Shown here: positions 18,956 through 27,594 of the stretch, in pieces
Layout of the letters: each line of letters opens with the position of its first letter
Numbering within the stretch: position 1 is the first letter of the stretch
IMG/VR virus record: IMGVR_UViG_3300024518_001869
Coordinates: 1-34,304 of that record
DNA from: a virus
Lineage: Duplodnaviria > Caudoviricetes
Length of the DNA stretch: 34,304 bases
Strand: one strand, 5' to 3'
Notes under the pieces: model-generated
Seen by the model: only the letters and a program-made list of their open reading frames with translations
The model's database searches: none
Told to the model about the DNA's origin: nothing
Position numbers and translations under genes: made by a program

Positions 18956-19102
18956 TTACTTGTCCTTCATCGCCAATTTCGCGAGTAGCTTGGCTGCCGA
19001 ATCGCGAAGTTTCACCGTCTCATGGTGCCGGAATTTCGTGTCGCCCTTCCGTTTGACCCGAACTTCCAGCTTCGCTGTCGGCTGCGCTGTCGCTGCTTTC
19101 AC
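18956..19102 (-). CDS. Small basic protein, 48 aa (not in ORF track)
   Basis: GTG start with GGAG 8 nt upstream; MKAATAQPTAKLEVRVKRKGDTKFRHHETVKLRDSAAKLLAKLAMKDK; its TAA abuts the next ATG. Confidence 0.55.
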   Translation of the reverse strand: MKAATAQPTAKLEVRVKRKGDTKFRHHETVKLRDSAAKLLAKLAMKDK

Positions 19103-19562
19103 CTGTCGTCTCCGCTAGTATTTTCAGCATATCATCGATGGTCGCGCCGCCAGCAACCTTGACGCCCCGCTTCGAGCACAGCTTTCGCAACGCGATCAGC
19201 GGATTCTGCGCGGCTTGTTCCTGCCGTTGAGCTTTTGCCAGCTCTCCCGGCGTCGGGATGGCTTCGAGTTCTTCCGGCAACGGAGGAAGTGGCTCCTGAT
19301 CGCTGTTGCGCTGGGCACGGCGGAACGCACCACGATTGATAGGCTCCTTATCCAGGACCCCCGCTTGCTGGGCATTGATCAGCGCGGGGAGGATATGGGG
19401 CTTGGGTGCATCCCGGTCGATCGGGATTTCATAGGCGTCGGCCAGATCAACGAGCTGGCGGCGGCGTAGCGACGTTAGAGGCGTGACCGCTATCGGCATT
19501 TGCCCCGGTAGTGTCGGGCCTTGTACTCCCGACTCCGGGAAACTGTCCGTGAAGTTTGCCAT
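19020..19562 (-). CDS. Hypothetical protein with two helix-extended-helix (Rho-N/LEM/SAP-like) motifs
   Basis: LTSLRRRQLVDLADAYEIPI...ILPAL and LIALRKLCSKRGVKV...DDMLKIL; AAGGA SD. Confidence 0.55.
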   Translation of the reverse strand: MANFTDSFPESGVQGPTLPGQMPIAVTPLTSLRRRQLVDLADAYEIPIDRDAPKPHILPALINAQQAGVLDKEPINRGAFRRAQRNSDQEPLPPLPEELEAIPTPGELAKAQRQEQAAQNPLIALRKLCSKRGVKVAGGATIDDMLKILAETTGESSDSAADSEAGSSGQTEGRHEIPAP

Positions 19563-20532
19563 TTGCTTGTCCTTGTCCGCTTGAATCTTCGGGATTGTAC
19601 GAATCGGTGTTGATCGGTGGCATCGGGAAGCCGGGCGGTGTCGATGGCCCTTCTTTCTTGAACTTCTCCGCTTCCTCCGGGGTCACGTACTGGAACGTGT
19701 CGCCGTCCTGGAGCTTGACAACGGGCTGCTCCTTGTAGCCGTACACGCCGCCGTCCTTGATCGAGTCCACAAGGCTCGTGCCGTGGCTCAATTCGACCTC
19801 CATGCCCGACAGCGATGCCATCGTGACCCACGCTTCCGTGCAAGCCCGCCCGGACTCGGCGTACTCCCGGTTTGGATAGGTGAAGTCGCAGCCGAACAGT
19901 TTCAGCTTCTTGACCCCAATATGCATCGCGTAGGCGATCGCCTGGGCCACGCCGTTGTTGAGATACGGCTTGCCAAGAACCGGCTGCGAGATTTTCGAGA
20001 CCTCGTCGATCGGGTAGTCATAGGACAGGGGGATAACGTCCGGGTAAGCCTTGGACGTGATCACCGGCTTGCCACGGCGCCGCAGCAACGTGAATAGGCC
20101 GGGCTTGAATGTCTCTTGGTCGTGAAGATCGTCCATCCAGAACACGACATCGTGCCAGATCAGGTTCGCCGCCATGTTGATCGCCCAGATTTCATCGGCG
20201 AAGTCCGGCGACGCTTCCTGGGTCAGGACCTTGTTGAACAGGTCCGCCACGGAAGGCCCCATGCCGCACAGAGCGACGGTCTTGGGCGCGTGGTCGAGAT
20301 ACCGGCGTACCGTGCCGTCCTCTTGCTGGACTAGCTTCTCGCGGGGCCTGCGGGCCGCGTGAGCGGCTAATGCTTCCTGCCGGTAGGCTTCCGCCTGCTT
20401 GCCGATTTCCTCGCCAGCGTCTTCCAGCGCGTGGGCGTACTCGATCAGCTTGGCTTTGGTGGCTTTGGTAAGGTCGGGACGGTCTAGGTGGCCGTCGCTA
20501 TCGTCGCGCCGCTGTTCTGAATCATTCGCCAT
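19447..20532 (-). CDS. Putative nonulosonic-acid transferase (CstII/GT42, GT29, Maf-like fold)
   Basis: KTVALCGMGPS ... EIWAIN ... DVVFWMD ... NNGVAQAIAYAMHIGVKKLKLFGCDF follows the order of the CstII/Maf motifs (GNGPS ... N ... SG/A-rich helix-LGxKEIYLxGxDF). Confidence 0.65.
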   Translation of the reverse strand: MANDSEQRRDDSDGHLDRPDLTKATKAKLIEYAHALEDAGEEIGKQAEAYRQEALAAHAARRPREKLVQQEDGTVRRYLDHAPKTVALCGMGPSVADLFNKVLTQEASPDFADEIWAINMAANLIWHDVVFWMDDLHDQETFKPGLFTLLRRRGKPVITSKAYPDVIPLSYDYPIDEVSKISQPVLGKPYLNNGVAQAIAYAMHIGVKKLKLFGCDFTYPNREYAESGRACTEAWVTMASLSGMEVELSHGTSLVDSIKDGGVYGYKEQPVVKLQDGDTFQYVTPEEAEKFKKEGPSTPPGFPMPPINTDSYNPEDSSGQGQANGKLHGQFPGVGSTRPDTTGANADSGHASNVATPPPAR

Positions 20533-20840
20533 TTTGATCCCACAAACTCCAATTTCACTAGGTCATCCGCCTGGGTGAAGACAATCTGGCCGGTGGCGGT
20601 TCCGGTCAAACTCAATGATGCTTCCCCCGTCGCGGTAACGAATATGACTTTCTGCTGGCCTTCTATGCCGTCCTCTAATGAATAAACTGTAACCCCGAAT
20701 CCAGTCGGACCCGCTCCCAGAATGTTCGCGCTTACGTCCAGGCAAATAGCCTGCGCGGTCGTCGCTGCCGTCAGTGTCTCGGTCGAGTGATAGCCCGGCC
20801 CCCGTGTGGGGACCGGGCCACCTGTAATTGCGACCGACAT
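20484..20840 (-). CDS. Thr-rich putative capsid decoration protein, paralogue 2
   Basis: 118 aa; shares ATGEAxLxxxGTATG..VF and a terminal GATxATAT with 20844..21218. Confidence 0.65.
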   Translation of the reverse strand: MSVAITGGPVPTRGPGYHSTETLTAATTAQAICLDVSANILGAGPTGFGVTVYSLEDGIEGQQKVIFVTATGEASLSLTGTATGQIVFTQADDLVKLEFVGSKWRMIQNSGATIATAT

Positions 20841-20843
20841 TCA

Positions 20844-21218
20844 TCAAGTCGCGGTTGCGAGGGTCGCACCTTGGGAGAGAGTCACGAACCAAGTCCCGGC
20901 AACCTGCTTGAGCACCACGAAATCCGTATCGGCTTGGAAAACGTGGGCACCCGTCGCGGTGCCGGAGAATTGAAGCGTGGCCTCGCCAGTCGCGCCCATC
21001 TGCACGACCTTTTCCATCAGCTCGTGCCCGTCGCCAGTCGCCAGTAGATACTGGTTCCTGAGTAACGAGCCAGTCGCCGTCCCCGCGCCAAGCGTCGTGA
21101 CTTGGTGCGTGGTGGAAATGGTCTGTTGTGCGGTCGCCGTCGATTGCGTCATAGCCTCGACGCCGTCCACGGAGTTGATCGGGCGGACTTGTGCGCCTGC
21201 CGTTGTGGTAATAGCCAT
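20844..21218 (-). CDS. Thr-rich putative capsid decoration protein, paralogue 1
   Basis: 124 aa, immediately after the capsid gene, AGGGGG SD, ends GATLATAT. Confidence 0.65.
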   Translation of the reverse strand: MAITTTAGAQVRPINSVDGVEAMTQSTATAQQTISTTHQVTTLGAGTATGSLLRNQYLLATGDGHELMEKVVQMGATGEATLQFSGTATGAHVFQADTDFVVLKQVAGTWFVTLSQGATLATAT

Positions 21219-21227
21219 GATTACCCC

Positions 21228-22313
21228 CTATGCGCTCAGAACAGAGGCGGCGTGGCGGATGCAACGGCCCCAGTTCGAGTTGAGGACAACACCGGCGTGC
21301 CACGATTTCCAGCCCATGGTCGTGACCTCGTTAAGAGGATCAGCGGAACCCGCCGAGCCCTTACCGTGGCTGATCATCTGAACGCCCGGAAGGCGATCGC
21401 CGACCACATACGACTCTTTGACGTGACGCGTACCAAGACCCACGGAACCCACGGCTTCCTTGCCGTAAATCACCGTGTTGTAGACATCGGAACGGTTTGT
21501 CGTGCCGCGCACGTCCACCGTGGCCGATCCGGTCGTGGTGTCGCCCGATCCCGTGTCGATGCTCGCTTCCGTGGTGGCAATCCAACGGACGCCGCCAACG
21601 GACCCAAACTCGCCGCGCTCGACGGCTGTCTGGCTGGAGTATTGCTCCACGGGAACAAAACCGGTCAAAGTGCGGATGTCTTCCTCGGTATCCACATGAC
21701 AGAAGCCCCAGTACGCGGACCTGATCGGCGTGGTGCCGATGTTCCGCGAGCCTTCCGTCTTCGGGAGGAACAGCATCGCATTTTGTCGGTTGAGCTGGTT
21801 TACGGTCGTCGCGATCTCGGAAAGGCCAAGACCCGCAAGGGCCACGGTCCCGCCAATATCGGTCGCCGTAGTGGCCGCGCCCGCAAGCACGGCGGTGAAG
21901 TTGTCTTCCGCGATATCTCGTTGAAGACGGTTAAGAGACTGGCCTGCGTTCATGCCGAGAATTTCGGACAATTTCGCCGCCTGACCGTTGAAGTTGATCA
22001 GATCAACCTCTTCGTTCAAGAGGATGTAATTGCCGTATTTCGCGACAGTCGCGGTCAGGTCAGTCACCGAAGGCTGCACGCCCTGCCTTGTCGGGAAGGA
22101 AATGCTGCCAGATAGCTCGGTCAGTGCGGTCGTTACGGGAGTCAGGTTTTCAATCCGACGCCACTTCGCCGTGAACGTGCCAGAATGCTCCGAAATCTCC
22201 GCGGGCTCAGTCCCAAGGTAATAGGGCGCCAGAGCCTTCGCGTTGCGAAGCAGGTTGACCTGAAACACGACGTTTACTGGACCGGCAATTTCCGTTGTGG
22301 TGGTGAGTGCCAT
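21228..22313 (-). CDS. Major capsid protein, N4-gp56 family
   Basis: 361 aa after the scaffold; KWRRIENL, AKYGNYI, GEFGSVGGVRWI and SADPLNEVTTMGWK match the N4-gp56-type pattern. Confidence 0.88.
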   Translation of the reverse strand: MALTTTTEIAGPVNVVFQVNLLRNAKALAPYYLGTEPAEISEHSGTFTAKWRRIENLTPVTTALTELSGSISFPTRQGVQPSVTDLTATVAKYGNYILLNEEVDLINFNGQAAKLSEILGMNAGQSLNRLQRDIAEDNFTAVLAGAATTATDIGGTVALAGLGLSEIATTVNQLNRQNAMLFLPKTEGSRNIGTTPIRSAYWGFCHVDTEEDIRTLTGFVPVEQYSSQTAVERGEFGSVGGVRWIATTEASIDTGSGDTTTGSATVDVRGTTNRSDVYNTVIYGKEAVGSVGLGTRHVKESYVVGDRLPGVQMISHGKGSAGSADPLNEVTTMGWKSWHAGVVLNSNWGRCIRHAASVLSA

Positions 22314-22328
22314 GTCATCGCCTGTGTG

Positions 22329-22946
22329 TTAAGCGGACTTGACCATTTGCTGCTCCATGAAGTTTTCCCACTCCACGTCGCTCATCTGCGACATTTCAAC
22401 AGCGTTCGGGCCAGTCTTATCGTCCGCTTGGGTTACGGTTCCTTGCACTGCCGCTGTCGCCGCCTCGATGTCGTCCCTAACCGTGTCGCCGCCGCCGTTG
22501 CGATATTCCACCAGCGTATCTTTCACCCACTCACGCCCTGATTCGAGCGCCGTACTCCAGGCTGCCGGATTTTCCCCGCGTTCCGCGAACGCTTTCACAA
22601 ATCCCGGATCGTTCCGGCCGTAAGCCTCAAGCATGCCAATCGCAACGTCGCTCTTGATACCCTTGAGTTCTTCCGCCTGACCAACGAACTCGACGGCACT
22701 ATCCAGGTCTTTCTGGACGGAACTCGCCTGTTCCTTCGCCATAGCCTGTTCGGCAAAATCAACGACCGGCTTCAATGCTCGTAACGCAGCGGTGTCGGCC
22801 TTCGGGGCAACTGCCTCGGTAGTGCCTTCACCAGCGTTCTCGAATTGATCAAGAAGCTGGTCTAGCGCCGATTCCCCAGTGCCGCCCTCAGCCGTGCCCG
22901 TTGGGGCTGGATTGGACGCATTCTGCTTACCCGGCATGTTCATCAT
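22329..22946 (-). CDS. Capsid scaffolding protein
   Basis: Acidic, Ala-rich helical protein just before the capsid gene, with C-terminal MSQMSDVEWE helix; AGGAG SD. Confidence 0.7.
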   Translation of the reverse strand: MMNMPGKQNASNPAPTGTAEGGTGESALDQLLDQFENAGEGTTEAVAPKADTAALRALKPVVDFAEQAMAKEQASSVQKDLDSAVEFVGQAEELKGIKSDVAIGMLEAYGRNDPGFVKAFAERGENPAAWSTALESGREWVKDTLVEYRNGGGDTVRDDIEAATAAVQGTVTQADDKTGPNAVEMSQMSDVEWENFMEQQMVKSA

Positions 22947-23175
22947 CTCCTATTAGCTGTACCACGATGGATTTTTCACCGGCAACTTTGCCGGACTCGT
23001 AGGCATATCGAAGCCCCACGGACTCCGGATCACGCTGTTCCGCCGCCCTGGGCTGCCAGGGCCGCAAGTGCGTCCGGGTTATCGCCGAGAGCAGTTCCCG
23101 GAACTCCGGGCTGGCTCGCAGGTTGTCCCTCAACGCCTTGAGGTGCGGCTGCCTCGCCAAAGAATCGTTGGGCAT
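22927..23175 (-). CDS. Small hypothetical protein between portal and scaffold
   Basis: 82 aa, GGGAG SD 7 nt upstream; overlaps the portal tail by 146 nt; ends AYESGKVAGEKSIVVQL. Confidence 0.6.
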   Translation of the reverse strand: MPNDSLARQPHLKALRDNLRASPEFRELLSAITRTHLRPWQPRAAEQRDPESVGLRYAYESGKVAGEKSIVVQLIGDDEHAG

Positions 23176-24874
23176 TCTGTTCTCCCGAGAGGACGAAAGC
23201 GTGGTTGATCACTTCCATCCAGTTAACTGGTATCGGTTGCTCCAGCGCACGCGCTTGTTCCACGATCTGGAGCGCGAATTGGATCGCGCCAAAGAAATTC
23301 TGGACCCGCTCGCGCTCGTCGAGCACGCCGGCCGATCCGTGGACCTTGAACGTCACAAGATCAGGTAGGTCCGCCGCGGCGACGCGGGCGTAGCCCTCAA
23401 TCCCGCCAGCATCCACGTTAATCTCGCGCGGGGTCTTCATGACCTTCTTGATGATTTCCCACTCGTGATACAGGATCGTCGTCAGCGGGCCTTGTTCCAC
23501 TCCCGTAACGAAATCATCCGTCCTCGCGATACCCCGTGACGCTTCCAGCTCGTGCGCGCCCGTGCCCGTGTGGGACTTGACCTGTCCGCCACGACGCGGG
23601 TCGTTCACGCCAGTCACGTCCTCGTACTGCTTGAGCAAGCCCACATAGATGTTGAACAGCGCGGACGGGTCGCCCACGTCCTGCGGCTCGATCGCGTTGG
23701 GCGCGTCCGTGGGCCAGCGTGCGCCGGGGAATATCTCCGGGCCACCCATCGCCGCCAGTTCCGCGTCGTGGCGGTCATAGGCGATCGGCGGGCGGGCATT
23801 CAAGGCTGCCACAGCCATAAGGTCGTTCGCGGCGGCGGTCGCGGCTTCCTGGATCGGCTGCCCCTTCATCAGAGGCGAGGACCCGTAGGAGCTGGACACA
23901 TCGTCGCGCATGTAGTGACCCACGACGTAGGACCTGAATGACGCGTTGTTTTTCTCGAACCGGATCGCGCGGGCATCGCCTTGATGGACCGCGACGGTAA
24001 TCGTGACATTGGGCAGGAAGATCGACGAGCGAGACTTGGGCACGACAACGTCGCCCTCAAACTCGATAACCTCGACCTGACCACGCCGGTTCATATCGTC
24101 GTTGCGAATCTCCAGCTTGTTGACCTGGGACATGATCCAGCCCCGCTTTGACCCACCCTTCCGGGCCGCGCGCTTCAATGCCTCCAGGTCCTGCCAGCGA
24201 GGCATGATCACGGACGGGACAAGCGCCACGCCCTGGTGCATGACCGATCCAGGCGAATCGTCGAGATAGACGTGCTTGAGAGACATGGGCAGGACAGCCG
24301 GCCCCATCGTGTTCTGCGCGATCACGCCACGCGGATCATGACGGAACTCCGCCAGCTTGACCGGGAGAATACGGACCACGCCCGTGCCATAGCGGATCAT
24401 TTCGGAGTCGAATAGTTCGATCGATTGGCGGAAATCATAGCTTTTATGGAAGTGGTCGATCGTCGCGTGAACCAACACGTCGGACGTTTCCTGGTCTAGT
24501 TTGATCGGCGTAGCCGCGTCGCCGATCAGCGGCACGTTTTCACGGCGCCGGTTCCAGCGATCCCGATAGGAATCCGACACGTCCGAATGTACGGCGTACC
24601 ATTCCGTCGAGCGCGGGAACTTCAAGCGCCGGGCATCGGCCGCGATCACTTCCAGGGCTTGGGCCTGCAATGGAAGCTCGATATTGGGATACCAGTCCAG
24701 TTCCTCGCCCATCGCCATGTCTCGCGCACGGGGCATCATGGAGATTTGGCGATCGATGTCCTTCCACATGGCTTCGCGATCGCGGCGATTTTCCCGGCGA
24801 CGCGTCAGTTCCTCCTTGATCCAGGCGCCGATCGCGTCCCAGTCGTTCGATGAAAGCCTTGGCTTGTCAGGCAT
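23030..24874 (-). CDS. Portal protein
   Basis: About 614 aa from MPDKPRL (24874, overlapping the upstream stop); IRYGTGVV, YGSSPL and YEDVTGV motifs; lies between terminase and scaffold. Confidence 0.85.
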   Translation of the reverse strand: MPDKPRLSSNDWDAIGAWIKEELTRRRENRRDREAMWKDIDRQISMMPRARDMAMGEELDWYPNIELPLQAQALEVIAADARRLKFPRSTEWYAVHSDVSDSYRDRWNRRRENVPLIGDAATPIKLDQETSDVLVHATIDHFHKSYDFRQSIELFDSEMIRYGTGVVRILPVKLAEFRHDPRGVIAQNTMGPAVLPMSLKHVYLDDSPGSVMHQGVALVPSVIMPRWQDLEALKRAARKGGSKRGWIMSQVNKLEIRNDDMNRRGQVEVIEFEGDVVVPKSRSSIFLPNVTITVAVHQGDARAIRFEKNNASFRSYVVGHYMRDDVSSSYGSSPLMKGQPIQEAATAAANDLMAVAALNARPPIAYDRHDAELAAMGGPEIFPGARWPTDAPNAIEPQDVGDPSALFNIYVGLLKQYEDVTGVNDPRRGGQVKSHTGTGAHELEASRGIARTDDFVTGVEQGPLTTILYHEWEIIKKVMKTPREINVDAGGIEGYARVAAADLPDLVTFKVHGSAGVLDERERVQNFFGAIQFALQIVEQARALEQPIPVNWMEVINHAFVLSGEQNAQRFFGEAAAPQGVEGQPASQPGVPGTALGDNPDALAALAAQGGGTA

Positions 24875-25151
24875 TGGAAAAGACCCCCTTGGCCTGCATT
24901 TCCTCGGTAAACGCGGCTGCGTCGTTGACCAAGACCTGCCGCACCGTCCCCAGATTCGTGTCCTTCTTGAAGTGGATCGTCCGCGCCGTGCCGTTGCACG
25001 CCCATAAGCCGTGCGGGCAGCCATCCAGGTCCACCTTGGTCGCGATGTAGATCATGCCGATTTTCTTGTCCTCGACACTGGCCATGTCCAGCTTGTCGCC
25101 GGGTAAATTGCGGGCAATCCGCTCCGCTATCTCTAGCTCGCTCGTTTCCAT
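24867..25151 (-). CDS. Hypothetical protein between terminase and portal
   Basis: 94 aa, GGAGG SD, overlaps both neighbours. Confidence 0.7.
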   Translation of the reverse strand: METSELEIAERIARNLPGDKLDMASVEDKKIGMIYIATKVDLDGCPHGLWACNGTARTIHFKKDTNLGTVRQVLVNDAAAFTEEMQAKGVFSNA

Positions 25152-26593
25152 GACTGGCCTCCGACGATCGGTTTCCTTGGTCCTTTACGCTTGGGCTTGG
25201 CGGGCGGGCGGACAATGCCGTAGCGCCGCATCATGAACGCGTATCGCATCGCGGACATGATGTCGTCACGTTGCGCCACAATGACGCCATCTTTCCTGTG
25301 GTAGAGGCGCTTTTCCTCGAACCACTGGGTTAATGTGTTGAAAACCTTGAATTTGCCCGTTCGCATGTATTCGAATATTTCGATTACACCCGGCTCGCGG
25401 TGGTTGCCGCGCTCGTCGGGATAGTGGGCATGTTCCTTGAGCATCCGCAGGCCGTGACTGCGATATTGGTCTTTCAGGGCCACGCCGGACCCCTTGTCTC
25501 GATTCAGGCCGTCATGCGGCCACGCGGTCGGTATCCAATCGCCGTGCTTCCGCATGGCCTGTGCGTGGTAAACCGGAGTTTCACCGGGAGCGCGATAGCA
25601 GTCGTAGACGTAGATGGTATCCGCGTCACGATCGTGAGCAAGGAAGGCGCCCGCGGCAGGGTGGTCGATCCCAAAATCAACACCGTTAATTCGGGCGAAG
25701 TGTGGCGGTATCTCGAATGGCGGGATAGATATCGCGTCGTCGGCGATCGGAAAGACGCCACCGGAGCCCAGCATTGGCGTCCCGGATACCCTGGTTTCTC
25801 GTTCATGCGGCGGGAAAGACAGCTTGAGCCGCTCTTTCTCGTCCGGGTCCAGGTGCGGCGCGTCGTCCCATCCCACATTCGTCGAGTAAATCCCGCGACC
25901 CGCTTCGGCGTTGATAAAGTGGAGAACAACATCATCCGGACCTAGCAATGGGGTGAACGTGAGGACGATCATGCCCTTGGAATCGGCGGTGCGTGTCAGA
26001 GCCTCCGTGTAGATGTCCATCGGCGGTTCTTCATCGAGCCAAACCCAGTCCAGCTTGGCGCCCTGCCACTTCTTGCGGCCCTGTTCGTAGGTTTTCATCG
26101 AACACATCGACACGCCACCGGCCTTGTGCTTGACCTTGATCGTGTCCACGACCTCGGTCACGCCGGCTTGGCGGTATTTAACCTCGATCAAACTTTCCTT
26201 GGGTATCCAGCCGGTTCCGTGCTCGCCTTCCTTGCCCAATAGCTCGAACTGGACAAGATCGCGTGATGCCTCGCTGGACTCGGACCCGCACCAGCCGCGT
26301 GTCGCGCGGTCCCATTTGCGGCCCTTCCACCATTTCGGATAGAAGCCGGTCAGGTGGCAGGCCATTTCCGCGCCCGCGCTTCGAGTTTTCCCCACCCTGT
26401 TCGCGGCCATCAACATGCGCTCGGGGTTTTCAGCCCCGGCGTTGTGGAAGTCTATTTGCCAGTGATACGCCCCGATATTCGGATGGCCCCACGGCTTATC
26501 GTGGTCGTAGGGCTTCCCGTATTCGAGAAAGAGTTTCCTCTCTCTAGTTCGGCGTTCCAGTTCCGCTAAGGCGCGGTCTTCGGCTAATTTCAT
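25133..26593 (-). CDS. terL: Terminase large subunit (P22-like)
   Basis: Walker A MAANRVGKT, Walker B VWLDEEPP, LTFTP coupling motif, nuclease GVDFG, AWPHDG, DDIMSAMRY. Confidence 0.95.
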   Translation of the reverse strand: MKLAEDRALAELERRTRERKLFLEYGKPYDHDKPWGHPNIGAYHWQIDFHNAGAENPERMLMAANRVGKTRSAGAEMACHLTGFYPKWWKGRKWDRATRGWCGSESSEASRDLVQFELLGKEGEHGTGWIPKESLIEVKYRQAGVTEVVDTIKVKHKAGGVSMCSMKTYEQGRKKWQGAKLDWVWLDEEPPMDIYTEALTRTADSKGMIVLTFTPLLGPDDVVLHFINAEAGRGIYSTNVGWDDAPHLDPDEKERLKLSFPPHERETRVSGTPMLGSGGVFPIADDAISIPPFEIPPHFARINGVDFGIDHPAAGAFLAHDRDADTIYVYDCYRAPGETPVYHAQAMRKHGDWIPTAWPHDGLNRDKGSGVALKDQYRSHGLRMLKEHAHYPDERGNHREPGVIEIFEYMRTGKFKVFNTLTQWFEEKRLYHRKDGVIVAQRDDIMSAMRYAFMMRRYGIVRPPAKPKRKGPRKPIVGGQSWKRAS

Positions 26594-27594
26594 GCAACAT
26601 CGCGGCTATTCCGGTCCAGGAAAGTCTGGTACCAGCCCATATATTGCATCATCCCGGTCTCTAACGTGAACTTTGGCGTCCAGCCGAGCAGGTTCTCGGC
26701 TTTTTGGACACTTAGCGTGCCCCTACGCGGCTTTTCCGGATCATCCGGGAGATATAAAACCTCCGCGCCGGTCTTCTCGACGACGATGTCCGCCAACTCC
26801 TGCAACGAGCGGCCATGCCCGCCCGTGATGTTGAATGTCTCTCCGGCGGAAGTTTGGCGTTTATTTATGATCGACCTTGTGCCAGCCACCAGATCATCGA
26901 TGTAGGTGAAGTCCGACAGGATCGAGCCGTCGCCGAATATGCTGATTGACTGGCCGGCGAACGCCTGTTCCATGAACTTCTGTGTCACCCGCCCCGATAT
27001 GCAGCGCGGGCCGTACAGCGCGGACGGGCGCACGATCGTGGTGTCGATCCCGAACGTGTCCCGATACCCCGCCACCATCTGCTCGCCAGCCGCCTTCATG
27101 CGCGCGTATATCCCGATCGGATTGAGCGGCGTGGTCTCCATGACCGTGCGCCCTTCCGTGTTGCCGTACGCAGTGCTTGAGGAAAACCACACGACATGCG
27201 GTGGCTTGGGCAGGTTACGTGCCACGTCGAGCGTGTTTTGGAGGGTGATCAGGCTGTTGTCGAAAGTCCGCTTGGGGTCCTTGTTGGACCGATCGACGTG
27301 CGCGACCGCGGCCAAGTGGATGATCACGTCCGGCTCCAGCGCGAGAAGCGCGGGGCTCAACTGGTTGTAATCGGCCGCGTCGATCCGGATCACCGGGATT
27401 TCCACGACATTCAGCAAGTTAAGCCTGTGCTCCGTGATCAGCACGGAATCGGCCGGCGACGTGCGATCAGCGCGCAGGCTGTAGTAGTTGTTCACCGACA
27501 GCGAGTCGATCACGGTCACGTTGTTCTTGGCGACCATGCCGAGCGCCATGTGATGCCCGATAAAGCCCGCCCCGCCGATAATCACGATATTCAT
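26590..27594 (-). CDS. NAD-dependent nucleotide-sugar epimerase/dehydratase (extended SDR)
   Basis: GGAGFIG, IHLAA, SSSTAYG, YARMK (YxxxK), RPSALYGP, DFTYIDD. Confidence 0.92.
   Translation of the reverse strand: MNIVIIGGAGFIGHHMALGMVAKNNVTVIDSLSVNNYYSLRADRTSPADSVLITEHRLNLLNVVEIPVIRIDAADYNQLSPALLALEPDVIIHLAAVAHVDRSNKDPKRTFDNSLITLQNTLDVARNLPKPPHVVWFSSSTAYGNTEGRTVMETTPLNPIGIYARMKAAGEQMVAGYRDTFGIDTTIVRPSALYGPRCISGRVTQKFMEQAFAGQSISIFGDGSILSDFTYIDDLVAGTRSIINKRQTSAGETFNITGGHGRSLQELADIVVEKTGAEVLYLPDDPEKPRRGTLSVQKAENLLGWTPKFTLETGMMQYMGWYQTFLDRNSRDVA

Noticed and set aside
16514-22946. Runs of consecutive genes in the same frame, suggesting stop-codon reassignment or a polyprotein
   Set aside because: The stops are a mix of TAA, TAG and TGA, most downstream genes have their own SD, and conserved genes have normal lengths under code 11.
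24875-25024. 50-aa N-terminal extension of the portal given in the ORF track
   Set aside because: It is Arg-rich shadow sequence overlapping the 24867..25151 gene; ATG 24874 is the coupled start.
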